A stretch of 32,000 bases of DNA from an uncultured Chloroflexia bacterium (GTDB lineage: Bacteria > Chloroflexota > Ktedonobacteria > Ktedonobacterales > JADMIN01), in NCBI GenBank assembly GCA_963718915.1, contig CAVRAI010000015.1, positions 60,001 to 92,000 of the forward strand, given 5' to 3'. Positions within the stretch are counted from its first letter, which is position 1, and each line of letters opens with the position of its first letter. Positions 25,344 through 32,000 of the stretch are shown piece after piece. Both the position numbers and the translations under genes were made by a program. Below the pieces are notes generated by a model. It was not told where the DNA came from and searched no databases. It saw nothing but the letters and a program-made list of their open reading frames with translations.

Positions 25344-25626
25344 CGGGCAGGCAGCTATTTCTTCGATGCGATATATCGATGGCGCTGGCCCAGATAGATT
25401 CGCGCGCGGACGCTGAGAGGAGCGCCTGATTCAGGAGCGGGGCTGGTGGATGTTCTCGGCCAGCTTTCTGGCAGGTTAGTGAGGCGTTCGTGTCGTATGG
25501 GCGTCGTAGGCGCATGGTAGGGGCTGCATGCGGATGGCGCCATCAGCATCCGGGCGAATAGGGATACAGATGGCCGCCCTCACGACGCGGTGAAGGTGAG
25601 CATCTTCGCTATGTGGAGTCAACGGC

Positions 25627-26064
25627 TCAGGCGGCGCGACCGTGCGCTTCAGAGACGGCGCCCGCCTTCCCCGCCTTCAAGCCATGGCTGAGCGACGTCA
25701 CGCCAAGCAGCGTGTGGATCAGCGCGTAGGGAAGGGCCAGACTCAACCCGAGGATTGCTGTCTGGTTAATCGTATTGGCTGTATCGACCGAACTGGCATT
25801 ATCGGGGACGACAATGTAGCCTATGCCGTGGAGCAGTCCGATTATGCCCATCGACATGAACAGCAGCCCAATAACCGTGTCAAATGGGCGCGCGAATCGA
25901 CTCGCCAGACCGGTACTGCCCACCACCACTCCCGCCGCACCCGTTATCAATAACCAGATCGACTCAGGATCGGGCACTCCTCGCGCCCGAAATATCACGA
26001 AGCAAGATATGCCACCAAACAACCCAAACCAGAGCCAGTAATGCACAGATCGCGCCCATATCAT
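25627..26064 (-). CDS. small 4-TM membrane protein, paralog B
   Basis: 145 aa, paralog of 24172-24606 (see the alignment pattern given there). Confidence 0.7.
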   Translation of the reverse strand: MIWARSVHYWLWFGLFGGISCFVIFRARGVPDPESIWLLITGAAGVVVGSTGLASRFARPFDTVIGLLFMSMGIIGLLHGIGYIVVPDNASSVDTANTINQTAILGLSLALPYALIHTLLGVTSLSHGLKAGKAGAVSEAHGRAA

Positions 26065-26270
26065 GCGTCATCCCTCCAGACCTATCCATTCGCGCTTCCA
26101 GTGAATTCACCCGAACGCACGACCGCCTCCGCACTATATCCGCCCTTCACCTATTACAGGTGAATACTCAGCCGTCGCTATTGGCGTCCACATCGCGTGG
26201 GCGCCATCTGCCCCTCCGCGACCGGGAACGATGCCCTGGCCCGAGTTGCTGGTTCGGCATACCAATCAAA

Positions 26271-26285
26271 GCATAAACGATGCCA
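26271..26285 (-). promoter_or_regulatory. sigma-54-type (-24/-12) promoter candidate TGGCAT-N5-ATGC
   Basis: The minus strand reads TGGCATCGTTTATGC, about 210 nt upstream of ATG 26064. The shared upstream block is GCTGCCTGCCC. Confidence 0.25.
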
Positions 26286-26488
26286 GGGCAGGCAGCGATA
26301 ATCCGCGTTACACCGAATTACGGATGCCAGCTCCTGACCCCAGGGTGAGGAAATGACCTGACCGATACGCCAGAATATAAGCTAGCGTCCGACGTAACGA
26401 CAAGTCCCGCGTGGGGTACGGGCGATAGCAGCCGGGTAGTCTTCTGTGCTACCATCAGACCATCGAGACATATCCCCTGGAGGCTCAT

Positions 26489-27472
26489 GTGACCACATCG
26501 CCGCGCATCGATATCGCCACCGTCGCCGATATCCCCGGGCTGGCGGCTCTGCGCATCCAGCAGAAGTGGTGGGAACGCGGCGAGCGCCTGCTTCGACCCT
26601 TGCTTGCGTGGGATGGCGGGCGCCTTTTCACGATCCGCGCGGGCGCGCTTGACCTCCCACTTGCCGATGGGACAACTCCCACCAGCCCAATCGCGGTTGT
26701 CGGCGCGCTGGCTGCCGACGCGACTGGCGTCATCGGCAACGTCGTCGTTCGCGCCGATTATCAGCGCCGCGGGCTGGCCCGACTGCTGATGCGCGCCGCG
26801 CTCGAGTGGCAGCGCGCCAGAGGAGTGCAGACCGTCTGGCTCGACGCGACGCACGATGGCAGATCGCTCTATCGCAGTGTCGGTTTCGTCGACTGCGAAC
26901 CATCATACTACGCCGAGGCGCCTGTCGTCGCGCTGAAACGCGACTGGCTGCGCGCATCATCCGGCACGTTGCGCGCCCACCTGGCCCCACCCGATGCGAT
27001 TGCGCGCGTGGCGTCGCTCGATGTGGCGGCCTTTGGTGGCGACCGTATGCCGCTGCTGGCAGGGGTGCTGCGGGAGCCGGAGACGTGGCTCTATCTGGTC
27101 GAGGATGCGGTGGGCGCCACGTTGGGATATCTGATGGCGCGAACGCTTGAGAGTCCGCTGGTGGGCATCCGCGCGGGCGCGTGGGTGGCGCGGAGTGACG
27201 AGGCCTCCGCCGCGCTGCTGGCCGCGCTCGTCGACGAGGACGCGCCGTGGCGGATAGCGGTTGCGTCGAACGGTTCTCAGCCGCCCGCGCTCCATATCTC
27301 GCCCCCTGGCAACAACCCCGCCGCGCTCGTGCTGCTCAAGAATGCGGGCGTGGAGATTACGCTCGACGATCTCATCATGCGCCACGACTTTCCCGACGCC
27401 AGCGGCGCCATCCACCCGGCGCGCCAGCAGGTGGCGTGGGTCTATGGCTGGCTTGCGGCGATGGTCTTCTGA
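26489..27472 (+). CDS. GNAT family N-acetyltransferase (two-domain)
   Basis: GGAGG lies before GTG 26489. Acetyl-CoA motif A is VVRADYQRRGLARLLMRAALEW, followed by ..LYRSVGFV. A ~170-aa second domain follows. Confidence 0.8.
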   Translation: MTTSPRIDIATVADIPGLAALRIQQKWWERGERLLRPLLAWDGGRLFTIRAGALDLPLADGTTPTSPIAVVGALAADATGVIGNVVVRADYQRRGLARLLMRAALEWQRARGVQTVWLDATHDGRSLYRSVGFVDCEPSYYAEAPVVALKRDWLRASSGTLRAHLAPPDAIARVASLDVAAFGGDRMPLLAGVLREPETWLYLVEDAVGATLGYLMARTLESPLVGIRAGAWVARSDEASAALLAALVDEDAPWRIAVASNGSQPPALHISPPGNNPAALVLLKNAGVEITLDDLIMRHDFPDASGAIHPARQQVAWVYGWLAAMVF

Positions 27473-28722
27473 GCGCTTGCCTCTGGAATGGTCTGAGCCT
27501 CATGCGCACTTGGCAAGAGCGGCACAGTCACCGCCAGCCGGAAACCACCACTCTCCGCTGGACCTGCCGTGAAGTGGCCTCCCAGCGCGGTGACTCGCTC
27601 GGCGACGCCCAGCAGGCCATTGCCGCCAGCGCCGGTCTCCGCGACGGCGCCAGCTTTGCCATCGTCCGCTATCTCGATGCGGATACTCTGCTCGTCACGC
27701 GCGACGCGAATGGTACACTGGCGCGCGCCACTGTGCCGGATAACATTGGTGACGCCTTCGCGTACCGTCCATGCCAGCACGCTTCCGACCGCCGCCGGGA
27801 GCCCGCCAATGGCCGCCGCATCGCCTTCATGGCGATACGCGATCCCCGCGGCCGCCAGCATCTCACGCGCGCCCCGCAACTCGCTCGCAAGCGTTGGCTG
27901 GCGGTAGCTGGCGACGGCCTCGCGCACCTCTTTCAGCGCCTGGCGGGCCACCTGCTCGATATCGCGCAACTCACCAGCCGCGCGTTCCGGCGCGACCTCC
28001 ACCAGCCGCTGCGCCAGCTCACTCTTGAGCGCGATCAGCGAAAGGTTGTGGCCGAGCAGATCGTGCAGATCGCGCGCGATACGCAGCCGCTCGTCGTTGA
28101 TCGCCGCCGTGCGCTCCACCTCTTCGCGAGCCAGACGTAGCCGCTGGCTATTGGCGACGGACCAGCAAAAGGCGATGACGATGGCGCCAACGGTGCCCAC
28201 GAAGACAACGGGTGTCTCCGCATCGGCAAGATTCCCCTGCGCGGCGAATGCGACGGCGATAAAAAGCACCAGAGCCGCGATAACCGGGATCGCTTTCCTG
28301 GTTGGCAGCCAGCCTGCCGCGCCAGAACTGACATAAAAGAAGATTGCGCCCCAGCTATTGCCGTTGAGCGCGATCAGGCCGATGGCGAGCGCCGCCAGCC
28401 CCGCAACCGGCGCCCAGAGCGCCAGCCCAGTGGGGAAGGCGCGCAACGTATGGCCAGTCAGGTTGCGGGCCGTTTGCCAGGAAACCCAGAGGTAGAGGGC
28501 GAAAAACGCGACGACGCCAACCAGGCTGGTTGTCAATCTCAGCGGCGTCGGATGGCTCCGCAGCATGTCGAGCATGGGCGGGGTGAAGAAGGGCAGCCAG
28601 AGAATCCAGACCAGCCAGAGCAGAAATGTCGAGCGAAAACTGCCTGTTGGCTGCCTCGCCGCTGCCGTATCGGTGTTCTCCACAACACTGCCTCCTGGCA
28701 TGACAAACCTCGGCTGCTTCAC
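27442..28722 (-). CDS. sensor histidine kinase, HisKA_3 (NarL/LiaS/DesK-type) family
   Basis: Five or six N-terminal TM helices. H-box ERLRIARDLHDLLGHNLSLIALK, N-box REGVTNVIRHSGA, G-box DDGKAG...GNGLLGVAERV. The start is uncertain (GTG 28722 or ATG 28701). The 3' end overlaps the GNAT gene by 31 nt in convergent orientation. Confidence 0.9.
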   Translation of the reverse strand: MKQPRFVMPGGSVVENTDTAAARQPTGSFRSTFLLWLVWILWLPFFTPPMLDMLRSHPTPLRLTTSLVGVVAFFALYLWVSWQTARNLTGHTLRAFPTGLALWAPVAGLAALAIGLIALNGNSWGAIFFYVSSGAAGWLPTRKAIPVIAALVLFIAVAFAAQGNLADAETPVVFVGTVGAIVIAFCWSVANSQRLRLAREEVERTAAINDERLRIARDLHDLLGHNLSLIALKSELAQRLVEVAPERAAGELRDIEQVARQALKEVREAVASYRQPTLASELRGAREMLAAAGIAYRHEGDAAAIGGLPAAVGSVLAWTVREGVTNVIRHSGARQCTIRVARDEQSIRIEIADDGKAGAVAETGAGGNGLLGVAERVTALGGHFTAGPAESGGFRLAVTVPLLPSAHEAQTIPEASAQKTIAASQP

Positions 28723-28902
28723 TGGCTCATTATCTTACATCGCGATGAACTTCTCGTTATACAGTTAAGCGTCTTGGCCGTGGGCGTGTCCAGTGACGAA
28801 TGTCATCTCTTTGGGGAGCATTCGCATGACAGACCCACCCAACCCTCGTGGCAGTGAAGATTGGGTGGGCCTATGGGGAGAGGAGTGATGGGACACGCTA
28901 AA

Positions 28903-28948
28903 ACGACATCCTACGACACACGACATCCTACGACACACGACACACGAC
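28903..28948. repeat. tandem repeat: 17-nt unit x2 plus partial ACGAC(AC) copies
   Basis: ACGACATCCTACGACAC at 28903-28919 and again at 28920-28936 (perfect), then ACGACACACGAC. A related ACGAC-rich tract lies at 29534-29573. Confidence 0.7.
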
Positions 28949-28970
28949 GCGGCCGGGGGCAGAGGGATCG

Positions 28971-29285
28971 CTAGCTGTGCGCCGAGACGCTGTGCGCGGG
29001 TGCGCCTTGCGTCTCCAGAGTCTCGATTGTCCGTGGTTGGCGAGCAGTCGTGACGATCCAGTCGATAATCACACCGATCAGGCCAGCGATGATGGCGGTT
29101 ATGATGTGAAACCCCATGAACGAAGGCCCAAACGGAACAATCGCCTCTCCGATCACCATCAGTGCGAACGGGTAGGCCGCTACACGCCAGGTCATGTGGG
29201 GTAGTCGTCCGGGCAACAGGTCGTACCAGAAGATGCCGATGCCGTAGGCGAACGCTACCATGAATAGCCAGGTTGCGAATTGCAT
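28971..29285 (-). CDS. hypothetical small 3-TM membrane protein
   Basis: Start at MQFATWLF (RBS GAGGAGG). 104 aa with three hydrophobic helices. Family unknown. Confidence 0.6.
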   Translation of the reverse strand: MQFATWLFMVAFAYGIGIFWYDLLPGRLPHMTWRVAAYPFALMVIGEAIVPFGPSFMGFHIITAIIAGLIGVIIDWIVTTARQPRTIETLETQGAPAHSVSAHS

Positions 29286-29382
29286 CACAGGAAGCCTCCT
29301 CGCTTCATGCGGCTGTGCCAGCAGTCCCTGCCCCCGTGCGCCGCAGTGAGAGAGGACACGTCGTTGTGTTCCCTCCGTGTCA

Positions 29383-29425
29383 CTTATATCACAATACGAT
29401 ATAAAAGTCAATCGCAATACGATAT
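29383..29425 (-). promoter_or_regulatory. promoter candidate (TTGACT-N17-TATAAG) overlapped by direct repeats CAATACGATAT x2
   Basis: On the minus strand: TTGACT (29411-29406), 17-nt spacer, TATAAG (29388-29383). CAATACGATAT occurs at 29392-29402 and 29415-29425, 23 bp apart. The palindrome TTATATC-N7-GATATAA lies at 29384-29404. This is an AT-rich island between divergent genes. Confidence 0.4.
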
Positions 29426-29596
29426 TTCTTGCTTCTCCCAAACATGGTCTACCATCCTATGACATTTGTCACCGCCATCTGCTGATGCTCCTCACTACCG
29501 GGCGTCAGCCGCTTCCCGTAGACTGAAAGCGTGAACGACAACACACGACACGACACGACACACCACCACACAGCCAACGCAAAGGAGTGAGCATCC

Positions 29597-30537
29597 ATGA
29601 TGGTTCAAGAGCCACCGGCATCAATCGCGGCGCAACATCCCACCGATGAGACGACTGCCGTCAGCTTCGATGGGCTGACCAAACACTTCGGCAGTCTCTG
29701 CGCGGTCGACCACCTCAGCCTGGATATTGGTCATGGCGAGACGGTGGCGCTGCTGGGGCCGAACGGCGCGGGCAAGACGACCACTATCTCGATGCTGCTG
29801 GGTCTGCTGGCGCCTGATAGCGGCAGTGTCACCATCCAGGGCATGTCTCCAGCCGCGGCGATTCAGAGCGGGCGCATCGGAGCCATGTTGCAGGAGGGCG
29901 GCCTGATGTCTGGCGTCAGCGTCGGCGAGCTGCTGGACTTCGTGCTGGGGCTGCGGGCGTCATCCACCTCGCGCGATCAACTGATCGCCACCGCCGGACT
30001 CGATGGGCTGGAGCGGCGGCGCGTGGATCGCCTCTCCGGCGGGCAGACACAACGGCTGCGGTTCGCGCTGGCCATCGCCAGCGAGCCACAGATTCTGGTG
30101 CTCGACGAGCCAACCGCCGCGATGGATGTGGAGGCGCGCCACAGCTTCTGGGCCAACATGCGCACCTACACCGCCGCCGGGCGCACCGTGCTCTTCGCGA
30201 CACACTACCTGGAGGAGGCCGAGGCCTTCGCGTCGCGGGTCGTCATCATCGCGCATGGGCAGATCGTCGCCGATGGCTACCGTCGCCGATCTGAAGCGGC
30301 GCGCGGGCGCGCAGACAGTCCGCTTCCAGAGCGAAGCGTGGCGCTGCTGAGGCGCTGCGTCGGCTGCCCGGAGTCGCGCGCGTGGAGTGGCAGGGCGAGC
30401 GCGTGACGCTCACCACCAGCGATAGTGACGCGACGGTGCGGGCGCTGGCCGCCAGCGATCTCGCCTGGCAGAACCTCGAAGTCCATAGCGTGGATCTGGA
30501 CGACATCTTCATGGCGCTCGTCGGCAACGGCAAGTAA
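29597..30537 (+). pseudogene. ABC transporter ATP-binding protein (ABC-2/DrrA-like), two apparent frameshifts (~30278 and ~30336-30345)
   Basis: Walker A GPNGAGKTT, signature LSGGQTQRL, Walker B ILVLDEPT, H-loop LFATHYL. After ..IIAHGQIVADG the sequence continues in the +1 frame (TVADLKRRAGAQTVRFQSEA). It then shifts +1 again (AAEALRRLPGVARVEWQGERVTLTTSD...DDIFMALVGNGK*) to TAA 30535-30537. Confidence 0.85.
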
Positions 30538-30551
30538 GACCAGGTATCTGG

Positions 30552-30723
30552 CTCCCCTCTCCTCGCAGGAGAGGGGCCGGGGGTGAGGTCTCTGGCTGGC
30601 GAGAGAACCTCACCCGGCCTTCGGCCACCCTCCCCTACGAGGGGAGGGCCAGGGCGACCACCCTGCCAGTTGGCAACACGCGTACTCCCCTCTCCTCGCA
30701 GGAGAGGGGCCGGGGGTGAGGTC
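30552..30723. repeat. REP-like hairpin cluster between the ABC ATPase and permease genes
   Basis: A perfect 39-nt direct repeat, CTCCCCTCTCCTCGCAGGAGAGGGGCCGGGGGTGAGGTC, occurs at 30552-30590 and 30685-30723. Each copy contains a 10-bp-stem hairpin, CCCCTCTCCT-CGC-AGGAGAGGGG. A third hairpin, CCCTCCCCT-ACG-AGGGGAGGG, lies at 30628-30648. Confidence 0.85.
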
Positions 30724-30765
30724 AGGCCAAGAGCACACCTACACCCAACAACAGGAGGCTTATCA

Positions 30766-31506
30766 ATGGCTGGCTATCTTCGCTTAGAGCTACTGCGGAC
30801 GATTCGCGATCCCAAGTATATTATTCTGGCGGTACTCTCGCCGATTGGCTTCTATCTGCTCTTCTCGACCCTCTTTGGCGGGCAGAGTACCGGCTCGGCT
30901 GGTATGACGGTGCAGGCGGCGCTGATGGTCTCGATGGGTCTGTACGGCGCCATGTGGGCGGTGATGTCGGCGACAGGGCCGCGCATCGCCCAGGATCGCA
31001 CGACGGGATGGGCGCGCCAGATGCGGCTGCTGCCGATTCGCACGGCCAACACGCTGGCGGCGCGGCTGATCGCGGCGGTGCTGCTCGCTGGCCCGGCGAT
31101 TGTGCTGGTGATGCTCACGGCGGTCTTCGCCAAGGGTGTCACGCTCGATGACGCCTGGCGCTGGGCGGTGCTGCTGGCGCTGCTCTGGCTCGGCTCGATC
31201 CCTATCGCGCTGCTCGGCATGGCCATCGGTTATGGCATCGGCCCGGAGGTGGCGTTCGGTGTCCTCTACGCGCTCTATCTGGCGCTCTCGGCGCTCGGCG
31301 GCCTCTGGATGCCGATCTCGATCATGCCATCTGGCATGCAGACCGTCGGCAAGCTGCTGCCCTCGTATCGCGCGGCGTCGCTCGGCTGGCGTCTCATCGG
31401 CCACAAGCCATTCGACATCAGCGATGTGCTGATTCTGGCGGCATGGGCCATCGTCTTCACCCTGCTCGCGCTCTTCTTCGCCAGCCGCCGGGCGAACTCG
31501 CGCTAA
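30766..31506 (+). CDS. ABC-2 type transporter permease
   Basis: Start at MAGYLRLELLRTIRDPKY (RBS CAGGAGG 30752-30758). Six hydrophobic helices, an N-terminus typical of ABC-2 permeases, and it follows the ATPase gene. Confidence 0.85.
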   Translation: MAGYLRLELLRTIRDPKYIILAVLSPIGFYLLFSTLFGGQSTGSAGMTVQAALMVSMGLYGAMWAVMSATGPRIAQDRTTGWARQMRLLPIRTANTLAARLIAAVLLAGPAIVLVMLTAVFAKGVTLDDAWRWAVLLALLWLGSIPIALLGMAIGYGIGPEVAFGVLYALYLALSALGGLWMPISIMPSGMQTVGKLLPSYRAASLGWRLIGHKPFDISDVLILAAWAIVFTLLALFFASRRANSR

Positions 31507-31661
31507 CTAGCAGCCGTAACCAGTATCTGATACTCTGTCAGAGGTGAATTATTGAGGAGGGAGGGAAGTCGGCAACATTTTAGCTGAGTGGATACGTACC
31601 ATTGATCCATGTATATCGGCATGCCATACTGGCCGCATCCTAAACTGCGAGGAGGCACACC

Positions 31662-32000
31662 TTGTCCAGATACTTTCGTCAAGAATCGTCCACAAGCCAA
31701 CCATCCTCATCCGTACACGTCAAAGCAGATCCTCTTGCCACGACCCCTGTCCCTCGGAGGCTGCTCTGGTGGCTTACGTTCGGGTTTGCTGGCACCGCGC
31801 TGTTTCCGATCATCTATACGATTGAGGGCACGACCCGTCCCGGCTATGACGCCATGCGGCAAACCATCAGCGCGCTCAGCCTGGGTCCAGGCGCATGGGC
31901 ACAGCAGCTCAATTTTGCGCTCTGTGGGTTAAGCGTCCTCTGGATGGCTTTTGTCTGGCGCAAGATCCTCGTGGGAGGCGTACTGCGCGACCTGGTATCC
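31662..32000 (+). CDS. DUF998-like membrane protein, N-terminal part (3' end outside window)
   Basis: Frame 3 is open from the stop at 31641 to the window end. GAGGAGG lies 6 nt before TTG 31662. Translation ..LLWWLTFGFAGTALFPIIYTIEGTTRPGYDAMRQTISALSLGPGAWAQQLNFALCGL.. resembles DUF998 (GYd..rqtIS.Ls.g..gw). It is missing from the supplied ORF track because it has no stop in the window. Confidence 0.65.
   Translation, partial: MSRYFRQESSTSQPSSSVHVKADPLATTPVPRRLLWWLTFGFAGTALFPIIYTIEGTTRPGYDAMRQTISALSLGPGAWAQQLNFALCGLSVLWMAFVWRKILVGGVLRDLVS

Noticed and set aside
28903-28948. Short tandem repeats considered as a possible CRISPR array or minisatellite
   Set aside because: There are only two contiguous 17-nt units with no spacers, and no cas genes. 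This is a simple tandem duplication or low-complexity tract.
30583-30765. N-terminal 61-codon extension of the ABC-2 permease ORF (MRSLAGERTSPGLRPPSPTRGGPGRPP...)
   Set aside because: This stretch is the translation of the REP-like hairpin cluster. A good RBS (CAGGAGG) precedes ATG 30766, which gives a typical ABC-2 permease N-terminus.
31521-31537. Near-palindrome CAGTATCTGATACTCTG after the permease stop, considered as a terminator or operator
   Set aside because: The loop is too short for a hairpin, there is no U-tract, it occurs only once and the symmetry is imperfect. The evidence is insufficient.
31609-31932. 107-aa ORF in frame 1 from the supplied track
   Set aside because: Frame 3 over the same region has a strong RBS plus TTG start and gives a DUF998-like membrane protein sequence that stays open to the window end. 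The frame-1 product is Pro/Arg/Ser-rich and featureless.

Overview
High-GC bacterial chromosomal segment (GC judged by eye). The T-box leader, FemAB, YtxH, several DinB-fold genes and G/C-rich REP-like hairpins suggest Terrabacteria, perhaps Chloroflexota or Actinomycetota; this is a guess. I support about 40 genes. They include two ECF sigma modules: an ECF42-like sigma with a YCII/DGPF partner, and an ECF sigma with a ZAS anti-sigma and a cupredoxin lipoprotein. Also present are a family-B DNA polymerase, DinB-fold paralogs, a MoaD/ThiS + BNR-propeller + TauE cluster, an SGNH hydrolase and a DUF433-PIN toxin-antitoxin pair. The rest comprises an ArfB-like GGQ protein, a TIR-TPR-polytopic-membrane protein, T-box-controlled proS, duplicated small membrane proteins, a GNAT, an orphan HisKA_3 histidine kinase and an ABC-2 exporter. 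There are no rRNA or tRNA genes, CRISPR arrays, transposases or integrases. Points worth a second look: (1) the single-gene TIR-TPR-membrane fusion with its own promoter, beside a TA cassette bracketed by a duplicated copy of the arfB 3' end; (2) a ~320-bp compound palindromic element upstream of polB with nested or pseudoknot-like repeat topology, with dispersed partial copies; (3) five frame-breaking indels in four genes, including essential proS, so assembly error must be separated from real decay; (4) a duplicated 26-nt block matching the sigma-54 -24/-12 consensus in front of duplicated membrane-protein genes; (5) REP-like hairpin clusters, one inside the ABC operon. I found no complete canonical defence system. 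The TIR locus is the best candidate for something undescribed, but that is inference only.
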